Source: an uncultured Clostridia bacterium
GTDB lineage: Bacteria; Bacillota; Clostridia; TANB77; CAG-465
DNA: 64,000 bases
Assembly: GCA_944388565.1 (NCBI GenBank)
Contig: CALXJG010000001.1
Span: forward strand, 20,313 to 84,312
Reading direction: 5' to 3'
The notes under the pieces were generated by a model, which did not search any database, had not been told where the DNA came from, and saw nothing but the letters and a program-made list of their open reading frames with translations. Of the stretch, positions 10,513 to 19,979 are shown piece after piece. The position numbers and the translations under genes are program-made. How positions within the stretch are numbered: the stretch's first letter is position 1; each line of letters starts with the position of its first letter.

Positions 10513-12162
10513 ATGACTAATGTTATTAAGGTAAATTTTAAAGATGATTTGACACTTACTGTTAAAAAGGGAACGAAGGCAAAAGATGTAATTAAAAGAT
10601 TAAGCGGTGAGTACGTAAATATTATGGGAATAAGAGTAGACAATAAAGTCCATATGCTAAACTATTCATTTAGTAGAGATTGTAACTGTGAAATTGTTGA
10701 TTATTATAGTGCACAGGGACATAATATCTATGCAAGAAGTGTAAAGCTTTTGTTTATTGCTGCGATTAGAGAAGTTTTTCCAGACTTAAAATACGTTATT
10801 GAAAATAAGATTGGTGAACATTATTATATAAGCACAGAAAAAAAACTTACCAGTAGTCAAATAGCAAAAATTGAAGAAAAGATGAAAGAATTTGTCGATG
10901 CTAAATATAGCATTACAAAAGAAAGAGTTACATTTACTGAGTTAAAAGAAATATATACTAAAATTGGAAATGAAGAGGCTCTAGAAAATTTACGCAGTAG
11001 CCTTGAGGTGTTATTTAGTGTATATAACATAAACGATAAATATTACCCTTGGCTATACGGTAGAGTAGTTCACTCAACAGAAGTTATTACTAGTTTTGCA
11101 CTTGAAAGTTATAATGAAGGAATACTTTTAAAGCTTCCATATAGAGATGATATTAACTGCATTGAAAAAGAAGTACATGCAAATGCAGTACATCATACTT
11201 TTAAGCGGGAGATGCGACTTCCTGAAACTTTAGGTGTAAAAAGTATTCATGATCTTAACAAAAAAGCTTATGATGAAAAAGAGTTAGAAAGAATAATCTT
11301 AATGGCAGAAGAAAGACAGAATAAGCAGATATATAAAATTACAGACAATATATTATCTAGAGGTAATATACGTGTTATATTTATATCTGGACCTTCATCA
11401 TCTGGCAAAACAACATTTGCACAAAGACTACAAATAAGTCTTGAATGTGAAGGAATAAGTACAGTTCTTTTAAACATGGATGATTATTTTAAAAATGCAA
11501 GTATCTCAAAAGATTATGAGTCTTTTAATCATCTTGACTATGAATTCTTTAAAACTCAAGTAAATGAACTTTTTTTAGGTAAAACTATAAATCTTCCATT
11601 GTATAATTTTAAAAATAATGGAGGAACAAGGGAAGATAGCGGTAAAAAAGCAAGTCTTCCATCAAACGGCATATTACTTGTAGAAGGAATTCATGGATTA
11701 AATCCAAAGATTTCTGATTTTATTCCAAAAGAAAATGTTTTCAAGGTGTATATAGCTCCCCTTGTAACATTAAGTTTTGATAGTTATACTAAAATTTCTT
11801 CAAATAATGTAAGATTGTTAAGAAGAATTGTAAGAGACTATCAAGATAGAAAAGTAAAACTTTTGGATACACTTACTAGATGGAATAGTGTTATACATGC
11901 TGAAAAAGAAAATATATTTAAGTATGTAGATGAAGCTGATGTGATATTTAACAGTATGCTAATCTATGAAATAGGTGTATTAAAAGTTTTTGCAGAACCA
12001 ATTTTTAGGGACTCAATAGATGCTGCAAATCCAAATGAACATTTTTCTACAATACGTGAAATGTGTTCAATGCTTTCTTCTTTTGAGCCAATACACACAG
12101 ATAAAATTCCAAATAATTCTATACTTAAAGAATTTGTTGGAAGCGGTTGTTTTAAACGTTAA
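10513..12162 (+). CDS. fusion protein: ThrRS-like N-terminal TGS domain + uridine kinase/phosphoribulokinase-family P-loop NTPase
   Basis: N-terminus resembles ThrRS TGS (VIKVNFKDDLTLTVKKGTKAKDV); Walker A ISGPSSSGKTTFAQ and uridine-kinase-like core. Confidence 0.55.
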   Translation: MTNVIKVNFKDDLTLTVKKGTKAKDVIKRLSGEYVNIMGIRVDNKVHMLNYSFSRDCNCEIVDYYSAQGHNIYARSVKLLFIAAIREVFPDLKYVIENKIGEHYYISTEKKLTSSQIAKIEEKMKEFVDAKYSITKERVTFTELKEIYTKIGNEEALENLRSSLEVLFSVYNINDKYYPWLYGRVVHSTEVITSFALESYNEGILLKLPYRDDINCIEKEVHANAVHHTFKREMRLPETLGVKSIHDLNKKAYDEKELERIILMAEERQNKQIYKITDNILSRGNIRVIFISGPSSSGKTTFAQRLQISLECEGISTVLLNMDDYFKNASISKDYESFNHLDYEFFKTQVNELFLGKTINLPLYNFKNNGGTREDSGKKASLPSNGILLVEGIHGLNPKISDFIPKENVFKVYIAPLVTLSFDSYTKISSNNVRLLRRIVRDYQDRKVKLLDTLTRWNSVIHAEKENIFKYVDEADVIFNSMLIYEIGVLKVFAEPIFRDSIDAANPNEHFSTIREMCSMLSSFEPIHTDKIPNNSILKEFVGSGCFKR

Positions 12163-12170
12163 TAAAAAGG

Positions 12171-12204
12171 TATTCCAGATTTTTTTCTGGAATATCTTTT
12201 TTTC
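12171..12204 (+). terminator. rho-independent terminator
   Basis: attccaga-ttttttt-tctggaat then T-run. Confidence 0.65.
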
Positions 12205-12258
12205 CTTGCTAAAAGTTTTAGTTTGATGTAATATATTTATATAAAGGGGTTGTATAGT

Positions 12259-13602
12259 ATGTCTAAAAGATCAATCATTATTATTGTAGTATTAAGTATA
12301 GTATTTGTTTTATGTATTACTGCATTTGTACTTATTCTAGTGCAAAGTAAAACACCAACAGATGATATATATGTTATAACGCAAAATGGTAGTATTAAGT
12401 CTACAAGAGGAGCATATAAGTGGAAAAGTATAACAAGTGAATATTTAGCTGATACTGAAAATCCATATAACATAGCAATTAAATCATCTAAAGCAAGTGC
12501 ATATCAATTTGAGAAAGTTACCATCTCTACTAGTACACTAAAAGGACGCTTATTAAATGATATATCTAATATACAGTTATATATGCTATTAGATGAGACA
12601 AATTCATATGAAATAGATATAGAAAAAAGCAGTAGAGAGGCTACTTTTATTGCACCAAAAGATATGGGGGATTATTACTACAAACTTGTATTAAATTATA
12701 AAAATGGAAGTATAGTTGAATATGAATTTGGGTTAACTGTTGGTAAAAGAACAATTGATGCTAAACTTTTAAATGAAATTATACAAAATTATGACGGAAA
12801 ATATGTTGGAGATAATTCATCAATAGTTAATTTGACAAATGATATAAATTCAAAAATAAACCCTATAAATATAATATATGATGATGTTAAATTTCAAATA
12901 CTAGATAAAAACTTGGTAGTAAATTATTATGTAAGTGATAAATATTTGTTAAATGAAGATTACCTAAAAGAATGGAGCTTAAGTTATGCTGTAACCATGT
13001 TTTCACTTATACAAAATATAGAGGGATTACAAGTAAAAGTTATAGATGAAAATAGTAAAGAAGTATATGTTAATAATATTACTAAAGAAGATATAGAAAA
13101 GATATATAGTTGTAAAGTAGAAGATATAGATTTGTATGAAATTTTCTTAGATAATATAAATGATGCAAACTACAAAGTACTAGATATAGATAAAGTATAC
13201 ACTCCGCCTATACTTTATGCAAATGGAATACAAAGTTTAGAAAGAACTACTTTTAGTTGGGCCGATAACAATAATAATATGATACATGTTGATACAATAC
13301 CACCTGAAGATATTGTAAAAGATAAAGAAAGTTTTAATGTTAATAGTAAACTATATATTACTTTAAATGAGAGAAATAGTAAAAAAGAGTTATATAAGCT
13401 ACCTGAAAATGCAGTGCTTGAGTATAAAATATTAGGTGAAGATGAATATAAAGAGGCTAAGAAGTTAAAAGATGGTTCATTCTTAGTTGATTTACCAGAT
13501 GAATCAGGAGAATATATATATGAGTTTAATTTATCATTTACAGGAATAAATGGTATGCACTCAAGTTATGTTATAAAAATAAATTATCAAAGTAATTACT
13601 AA
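12259..13602 (+). CDS. hypothetical signal-anchored/secreted protein
   Basis: ATG 12259 after AAAGGGG; N-terminal TM (IIIIVVLSIVFVLCITAFVLILV); no recognisable domains. Confidence 0.5.
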   Translation: MSKRSIIIIVVLSIVFVLCITAFVLILVQSKTPTDDIYVITQNGSIKSTRGAYKWKSITSEYLADTENPYNIAIKSSKASAYQFEKVTISTSTLKGRLLNDISNIQLYMLLDETNSYEIDIEKSSREATFIAPKDMGDYYYKLVLNYKNGSIVEYEFGLTVGKRTIDAKLLNEIIQNYDGKYVGDNSSIVNLTNDINSKINPINIIYDDVKFQILDKNLVVNYYVSDKYLLNEDYLKEWSLSYAVTMFSLIQNIEGLQVKVIDENSKEVYVNNITKEDIEKIYSCKVEDIDLYEIFLDNINDANYKVLDIDKVYTPPILYANGIQSLERTTFSWADNNNNMIHVDTIPPEDIVKDKESFNVNSKLYITLNERNSKKELYKLPENAVLEYKILGEDEYKEAKKLKDGSFLVDLPDESGEYIYEFNLSFTGINGMHSSYVIKINYQSNY

Positions 13603-13649
13603 AAGTTAAATTTTGTTGAAACTTGCGTTGAAAAAATAGAATAAAAACA

Positions 13650-13678
13650 TTTACAAACGTTTGTTTATGTGGTATAAT
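13650..13678 (+). promoter_or_regulatory. candidate sigma-A promoter (-35 tttaca / 17 nt / -10 tataat) ~250 nt upstream of 13930 gene
   Basis: tttaca 13650-13655, tataat 13673-13678. Confidence 0.4.
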
Positions 13679-13929
13679 ATTATCTTAGAAGTTATAAAAA
13701 TTAAAATGAATGCACAATTAATTTAAGTTAGATATGAAGAAGAAAATATATGGTTATAATGAATCGGAAGAAAATTCAACTATTAGGAATTTCCTAATAG
13801 TTCAAAAATAAGGAAATAGAGAAGTACAGATATGTGTAAATAATATTGATTTTTAAAATATAATTGCATAAAAGTGAATTCATGATATTATAGATTTAAA
13901 ATAATTATGAAAAAAGGCGGGAAGTATTT

Positions 13930-15372
13930 ATGGAAGAAAATATAAAAAATATTATTTTATTAGGAGAAAATGTTAACACAGAATTAAAAGAGGCAACTAA
14001 TGGATTACCTAAAAGTGTATTTGAATCTGTATGTTCATTTTTAAATACTACGGGCGGATATATTATTTTAGGTGTAAATGATAAAAAAGAAATTATTGGA
14101 ATAAAAGAAGAGCTAATAGAGAAAATAAAAAAAGATTACACAACGCAGTGTAATAATAAAGGAGTTATAAGCCCAACTATTTTATCAGAATTACATGAAA
14201 TTAAAATAGAAGGAAAAATAATTTTATATACTCATATTGAAGAAGCAACAGAAATTCATAAATGTAAGGGAAAAGTCTTTGTTCGTAATTATGAAGGTGA
14301 TTTTGATATATCAAATAATATTCCTCTAATTGCAAGTATTCACAATAAAAAACGAAAAATATTTGATGAAGATACAATTTATCCATATGTTTCAGTAGAG
14401 GAAGATTTAAGACATGATTTAATAGAAAAAGCAAGAAGGTTAGCTAATTCGAATGTTAAGAAAAGACATATTTGGATGGATATGACAGATTTTGAATTGC
14501 TAAAAAGTGCAGGACTATATAAAGTGGACAAAGAAACAGGTAAACAAGGTGTAACACTTGCCGGAGTTATGTTATTTGGAAAAGATGAAGTGATTTCAAA
14601 CATTAATCCATATTGTAGAACAGACGCTTTATATAGAGTAGATGATTTAGATAGGTATGATGATAGAGATTTTGTAGAAACTAATCTAATAGATATGTAT
14701 GACAGGCTAATTGATTTTATAGCAAAATATACAATGGACAGATTTGCTTTAGATGAAAAAGCAAGAAGAGTGAGCCCAAGAAATGTAATGGTACGTGAAA
14801 TAGTTTTGAATACACTTATGCATAGAGATATAACAGATGGCCATACAAGTAGAGTAATTATTTATAAAGATAAATTGATATGTGAAAATCCAAATTCATT
14901 TAGCACAAATGGATTGCTAACTATAAAAAATTATACACCATTTGCAAAAAATCCAACGATTGCAAAATTTTTTAGAGAAATAGGATATGCAGATGAATTA
15001 GGTAGTGGTTTTATAAAAATCACAAAAAATTCATATTTATATTCAGGGAAACCACCTATTTTTGAAGATAAAGAAATGTTTAGAGTGACAATTCCACTAT
15101 TAAGAGATGAAAAATTAGATGAAAAAGATTTGATTAATTTAGCAAATGGCACTTTAAATGGCACTTTAAATGGCACTTTAAATGGCACTTTAAATTTAAT
15201 ATTAAACGAATTAAAAAATAAGAATAATATAACTCAACAGGAGTTATCTGAAAAAACAGGAATGTCTTTACGAACAATAAAACGAAATATTGATATGTTA
15301 AAAGAAGAGAGATTCATTGAAAGAGTTGGCTCTAAAAAGACCGGACATTGGAAAATATTAAAAAATGATTAA
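13930..15372 (+). CDS. putative transcriptional regulator, AlbA_2 (Schlafen-like divergent AAA) + HATPase_c_4-like + C-terminal wHTH
   Basis: N-terminus LGENVNTELKEATNGLP...GGYIILGV (AlbA_2-like), C-terminus QQELSEKTGMSLRTIKRNIDMLKEERFIERVGSKKTGHWKI (wHTH); contains in-frame (NGTL)x4 repeat. Confidence 0.55.
   Translation: MEENIKNIILLGENVNTELKEATNGLPKSVFESVCSFLNTTGGYIILGVNDKKEIIGIKEELIEKIKKDYTTQCNNKGVISPTILSELHEIKIEGKIILYTHIEEATEIHKCKGKVFVRNYEGDFDISNNIPLIASIHNKKRKIFDEDTIYPYVSVEEDLRHDLIEKARRLANSNVKKRHIWMDMTDFELLKSAGLYKVDKETGKQGVTLAGVMLFGKDEVISNINPYCRTDALYRVDDLDRYDDRDFVETNLIDMYDRLIDFIAKYTMDRFALDEKARRVSPRNVMVREIVLNTLMHRDITDGHTSRVIIYKDKLICENPNSFSTNGLLTIKNYTPFAKNPTIAKFFREIGYADELGSGFIKITKNSYLYSGKPPIFEDKEMFRVTIPLLRDEKLDEKDLINLANGTLNGTLNGTLNGTLNLILNELKNKNNITQQELSEKTGMSLRTIKRNIDMLKEERFIERVGSKKTGHWKILKND
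15146..15195 (+). repeat. perfect 12-bp tandem repeat x4 (ggcactttaaat) inside CDS, encoding (NGTL)4 linker
   Basis: direct reading of sequence 15146-15195. Confidence 0.9.
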
Positions 15373-15578
15373 TAGAATTAAACTAACAACTTTGCATCTT
15401 AGTTTGTTGTTAACTACACGTATTAGGATTTGAGCTTTGTCAAAAAACATAGAATTAGTAGAAGGGAGATTTGAAAATAAATTTTCTTTCTTTATTTCTC
15501 TTATCTTTTTAATAAATTGAATAGATAAGAGTTACAAAATTATAGTAAATGGAATGGTATTAATTGAGTAAAAAATAA

Positions 15579-15728
15579 AGTAGAATTCGTTTCAGTGAAG
15601 CCAAAATAAAAGAACTCACAGCAGCCAAATCAAGATGTATTCCTTTTGAACAAGAACACATAGATGACAAATGTGTATGTTGTGGTAAAAAAGCAGATAA
15701 GATGGTAGTATGGGGAAGGCAATATTAA
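15579..15728 (+). pseudogene. 3' gene remnant (49 codons) resembling C-terminal zinc-binding tail of archaeal-type prolyl-tRNA synthetase
   Basis: translation [49 protein letters not shown]; Cys cluster and terminal Tyr; no start/RBS, upstream stop at 15576. Confidence 0.35.
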
Positions 15729-15790
15729 AAAACTAAATGATAAAAGGTATTGCAATGAAAAAGAAAATAATTATGTTAGAAGAGGTTGCT

Positions 15791-15846
15791 AAAAAAAAGA
15801 GGCACAACTTGAAATAATTTCGAGTTGTGCTTAAGCTTATTTTTAA
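15791..15846. terminator. bidirectional rho-independent terminator between proS-like remnant and rluA-family gene
   Basis: A-run, hairpin gcacaact-tgaaataatttcg-agttgtgc, T-run. Confidence 0.65.
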
Positions 15847-15859
15847 TTGTAACATTCCC

Positions 15860-16774
15860 TTATAGGTGATTAATGATTAGATTTAACATATCATCTGGTA
15901 TAGGAGCTTGTATCTTAATAAACTTATTAGTTATAGGATGAAAAAAAGATACTTCTTTACAGTGTAGAGCTTGTCTAGATATAAGCTTCCTAATGTTAGG
16001 TATGTTGTATTCATTTGCATATAAATCATCACCAAGTAATACATGACTAATTGAACTCATATGAACTCTAATTTGATGTGTTCTTCCGGTATGCAATATT
16101 ATTTTTAAAATTGAATAATTATTTATATAATCTCTTTTTAAAGTATAGTATTCTGTTTTAGCATAATCTCCATTTTCATTTACTTCCCTTAATATTATGG
16201 TATTATCTTTTCTTGCTATATTTTTTTCTATTATATCATGTTCTTTTTTTACAATCCCATTTACAATACAAAGATACTCTTTATATAGTTTTACTTCTTC
16301 TTTTTTCCTAATAAATAATTCTTGTATATATTTATTCTTTGCAAATATACAAATACCAGATGTATCTTTATCAAGTCTAGTAATTATATGAATTCCTTTT
16401 ATACCTTTTTCTTCAAGATAATATGCTACAATATTTGCAAGTGTGTTATCATAATTTCCACTACTTGGATGAACAGGCATATGTGCTGGTTTATTTACTA
16501 CTAGTAAATATTCATCTTCAAAAAGTATGTTAGGTTTTTCATTAACCAATTTAAATTTATCTGAAAATTTATTTTTTTCACTTGGGATTATAACTTTAAC
16601 TTCATCATTTTCTTTTAGTATATAATTTATAAAAGTTATTTTACCATTTACTAATATACCACCGCTTTCTTTTAGTCTAGTAAGTAATATATTAGAAATG
16701 TATAATCTTTCTTTTAATATTTCTTTTAGTTTCTTTCCATTATCATTTGTACTTGCTATATAGTTTAATTCCAC
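15860..16774 (-). CDS. RluA-family 23S rRNA pseudouridine synthase (RluD-like)
   Basis: HTGRTHQIRVHM catalytic motif, S4-like N-terminus. Confidence 0.8.
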   Translation of the reverse strand: MELNYIASTNDNGKKLKEILKERLYISNILLTRLKESGGILVNGKITFINYILKENDEVKVIIPSEKNKFSDKFKLVNEKPNILFEDEYLLVVNKPAHMPVHPSSGNYDNTLANIVAYYLEEKGIKGIHIITRLDKDTSGICIFAKNKYIQELFIRKKEEVKLYKEYLCIVNGIVKKEHDIIEKNIARKDNTIILREVNENGDYAKTEYYTLKRDYINNYSILKIILHTGRTHQIRVHMSSISHVLLGDDLYANEYNIPNIRKLISRQALHCKEVSFFHPITNKFIKIQAPIPDDMLNLIINHL

Positions 16775-16858
16775 TTACTTCACCATAACTATTATATCAG
16801 ATCAAGTCAAGTTGAAAAATACTTAAAATTATTATATAATATACAAAGTGAGGAATTT

Positions 16859-17605
16859 ATGGAAAAAGAAAGAATAGATGATTTAGGAATAGATAATCTA
16901 AAGATAATTCAAAACAAAGATTATTTTTGCTTTGGTATAGATAGCGTCTTACTTGCAAATTTTGTTGTATCGAATAATAACAGAAATGTGATTGTTGACT
17001 TATGTTCTGGAAGTGGTGTTATTCCTGTAATAATATCAGCAAAGAAAAAATACTCAAAAATATTTGGAGTCGAATTACAAGATGAGATGTATGATTTGCT
17101 AAAAAGAAATATATCTTTAAACTCTTTAGAAGATAAAATTATACCAATACATGATGATATAAAAAGCATAGAAAAAATAAGAAAAAAAGTAATTGAGGTT
17201 ACTGGTAATGGAGCGATTGATATTATTGTATGTAACCCACCATATAAAAAAACTAAAACAGGAATAAGTAATCCAAATAATGTTAAGTATATTGCAAGAC
17301 ATGAAATTATGTGTAATCTTGAAGATGTTTTTAAAACAGCATCTTTACTTTTAAACAATAAAGGGAAGTTATATATTGTACATAAACCTGAAAGGTTAGT
17401 AGATTTACTTGAAATTGCAAGAAGATATAAACTAGAAGCAAAAAGGCTTAAATTAGTACAACCAAACTTAGAATTAAAGCCAAGTATTGTTTTAATTGAA
17501 TATGTAAAAAATGGTGGAAATGAAATAATTGTTGAAAAGCCAATTATAGAATATACAGAAAGTGGAGAATATACTAAGGAAATATATGATATATATGGTA
17601 TGTAA
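16859..17605 (+). CDS. tRNA (adenine37-N6)-methyltransferase-like SAM-dependent MTase (YfiC/TrmN6 family)
   Basis: NPPY motif (IVCNPPYKK), GSG SAM-binding motif, size 248 aa. Confidence 0.65.
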   Translation: MEKERIDDLGIDNLKIIQNKDYFCFGIDSVLLANFVVSNNNRNVIVDLCSGSGVIPVIISAKKKYSKIFGVELQDEMYDLLKRNISLNSLEDKIIPIHDDIKSIEKIRKKVIEVTGNGAIDIIVCNPPYKKTKTGISNPNNVKYIARHEIMCNLEDVFKTASLLLNNKGKLYIVHKPERLVDLLEIARRYKLEAKRLKLVQPNLELKPSIVLIEYVKNGGNEIIVEKPIIEYTESGEYTKEIYDIYGM

Positions 17606-17663
17606 GAATTGCAAAAATAACATGTTTATTATATAATTTAGCTATAAATTAGGAGAATTTGAA

Positions 17664-18524
17664 ATGGAAAAAGATAAAAAAGGAACGTTATATATTGTGG
17701 GGACTCCAATTGGGAATCTTGGAGATATAACTATAAGAGCAATTGAGACTTTAAAAAGCGTGGATGTAATACTTGCTGAGGATACAAGACAAACTTTGAA
17801 GCTTTTAAATCACTTTAATATACAAAAGCATTTAGTTAGTTATCATAGACATAATGAAGATGAAAAAATAAAAAATGTAGTGGATTTTTTAGATTCAGGA
17901 AAAGATTTAGCTTTAGTTTCTGATGCCGGTATGCCAGTTATATCTGACCCAGGACAAAACTTAATAAAATATTTAGTTGCAAATAATTATAATATTGTAA
18001 CTATTCCTGGTGTTACAGCAGTTATAACAGCTATTGTAAAAAGTGGATTAGATTCAACCAGATTTACATTTGAAGGCTTTTTATCTATTAACAAAAAGCA
18101 AAGAAAGCAAAGATTAGAAAGTCTAAAAAATGAAGAAAGAACTATGGTTTTTTATGAGGCGCCACATAAGTTACTTGCAACTTTAAAAGATATGTATGAA
18201 GTATTTGGTAAAAGAAATATATGTATAGCAAGAGAACTTACAAAACTTCATGAAGAGTATATACATACAACTTTTGAAGAGGCAATTTCAAAAATAGAAC
18301 AGTTTGGTATAAAAGGTGAAATTGTTTTACTTATAGAAGGAAAAGATTTAAGTGTATTAGAACAAGAAATAAAAGAAAAACAAAATAAAATTGACTCTGT
18401 AACCTTAGTAAAAGAATATATGTCAAAAGGTATTAGTAAAAAAGAGGCAATTAAACAAGTAGCCAAACAAAAAGGTGTTACTAAAAACGAAGTCTACCAA
18501 GAATGTATAGATATAAAGGAGTAG
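17664..18524 (+). CDS. rsmI: 16S rRNA (cytidine1402-2'-O)-methyltransferase
   Basis: GTLYIVGTPIGNLGDITIRAIETLKSVDVILAEDTR tetrapyrrole-methylase fold typical of RsmI. Confidence 0.85.
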   Translation: MEKDKKGTLYIVGTPIGNLGDITIRAIETLKSVDVILAEDTRQTLKLLNHFNIQKHLVSYHRHNEDEKIKNVVDFLDSGKDLALVSDAGMPVISDPGQNLIKYLVANNYNIVTIPGVTAVITAIVKSGLDSTRFTFEGFLSINKKQRKQRLESLKNEERTMVFYEAPHKLLATLKDMYEVFGKRNICIARELTKLHEEYIHTTFEEAISKIEQFGIKGEIVLLIEGKDLSVLEQEIKEKQNKIDSVTLVKEYMSKGISKKEAIKQVAKQKGVTKNEVYQECIDIKE

Positions 18525-18525
18525 T

Positions 18526-19152
18526 ATGAAGGAACAAGAGTTAAATAGATTAAAAAATATGCTTGAAATTGAAGATAAACTTTATTCTGAAGGATATAAT
18601 TTTGTATGTGGTGTAGATGAAGCAGGAAGAGGACCTCTATGTGGACCAGTTGTAGCTGCTGCTGTAATACTCCCTAAAGATGAATATATAGAAGGTGTAA
18701 ATGATTCAAAAAAGCTTACTGAGAAAAAAAGAGAAAAATTATATGATGATATAATGAAAAAAGCTGTTGCCGCTAGCATTGGTATTAGTGATGTTGATGT
18801 TATAGAAAAAGTTAATATTTTAAATGCAACAAAACTTGCAATGAAACAAGCAATAGAAAAATTAAGTATTAAACCAGATTATGTATTAATAGATGGTAAT
18901 CAAATGATAGATATTAATATAAAAGCAGAAACTGTAGTATCTGGAGATGCAAAGTCTGAATCAATTGCTGCAGCTTCAATTATAGCTAAGGTTACAAGGG
19001 ATCGTATGTTAATAGAATTTGATAAAAAATATCCAGAGTATGGATTTGCAAAACATAAGGGGTATGGAACAAAATCACATATTGAAGCGATACAAAAATA
19101 TGGACTAACAGATATACATAGACCAAGCTTTTGCAAAAAGTTTGTAAAATAA
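18526..19152 (+). CDS. rnhB: ribonuclease HII
   Basis: GVDEAGRGPLCGPVVAAAVIL motif. Confidence 0.9.
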   Translation: MKEQELNRLKNMLEIEDKLYSEGYNFVCGVDEAGRGPLCGPVVAAAVILPKDEYIEGVNDSKKLTEKKREKLYDDIMKKAVAASIGISDVDVIEKVNILNATKLAMKQAIEKLSIKPDYVLIDGNQMIDINIKAETVVSGDAKSESIAAASIIAKVTRDRMLIEFDKKYPEYGFAKHKGYGTKSHIEAIQKYGLTDIHRPSFCKKFVK

Positions 19153-19163
19153 AGGAGGATATA

Positions 19164-19919
19164 ATGAAATTAATATCATGGAATGTAAATGGATTAAGAG
19201 CTTGTATTACAAAAGGATTTTCTTTATTTTTTAAATCAATAGATGCAGATATTTTTTGTATACAAGAAACAAAAATGCAAGAAGAACAAGCAAAAGAAAT
19301 AGAGTATGAAGGCTATTATAAGTATATGAACAGTGCCGAAAAAAAAGGTTATTCAGGTACAGCTATTTTTACTAAAATAATGCCTATTAATGTATCGTAT
19401 GGAATAGGTATAGAAGAACATGATAAAGAAGGAAGAGTAATAACCCTTGAATTTGATAAGTTTTTCTTAGTTAACTGCTATACACCAAATTCTAAACGTG
19501 AGCTTGAAAGACTTGCATATAGAAAGATATGGGAAGATGAATTTAGAAATTATCTAATTAAATTAGATAAAGTAAAACCAGTTATATTATGTGGGGACTT
19601 AAATGTAGCACATAAAGAAATTGATTTAAAAAATCCATCTACTAATCATCATAATGCTGGGTTTACAGATGAAGAAAGAGAGAAGATGACTAAACTTTTA
19701 GAAAGTAATTTTACAGATACTTTTAGATATTTATACCCAGATAAAAAAGATGCATATTCATGGTGGTCATATATGTTAAAATCAAGAGAAAGAAATATAG
19801 GGTGGAGAATCGATTATTTTATAGTATCAAATAGCATAAGAGATGAAATAAAAGATGCAATAATACATAGTGAAGTATTAGGTAGTGATCACTGCCCTAT
19901 TGAACTAGATATATTTTAA
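19164..19919 (+). CDS. xth: exodeoxyribonuclease III
   Basis: MKLISWNVNGLRA..., AAGGAGG RBS 19152-19158; ORF-track start 19131 is upstream leader. Confidence 0.9.
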   Translation: MKLISWNVNGLRACITKGFSLFFKSIDADIFCIQETKMQEEQAKEIEYEGYYKYMNSAEKKGYSGTAIFTKIMPINVSYGIGIEEHDKEGRVITLEFDKFFLVNCYTPNSKRELERLAYRKIWEDEFRNYLIKLDKVKPVILCGDLNVAHKEIDLKNPSTNHHNAGFTDEEREKMTKLLESNFTDTFRYLYPDKKDAYSWWSYMLKSRERNIGWRIDYFIVSNSIRDEIKDAIIHSEVLGSDHCPIELDIF

Positions 19920-19979
19920 TATACTATTGCAAAACTGTAAATAATATAGTAAAATAAAATAAATTTGGGAGATGATGTA

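Noticed and set aside
12020-12226. 68-aa plus ORF overlapping the 3' end of the TGS-kinase gene and its terminator
   Set aside because: Out-of-frame overlap with a supported gene and spans a terminator hairpin. No RBS.
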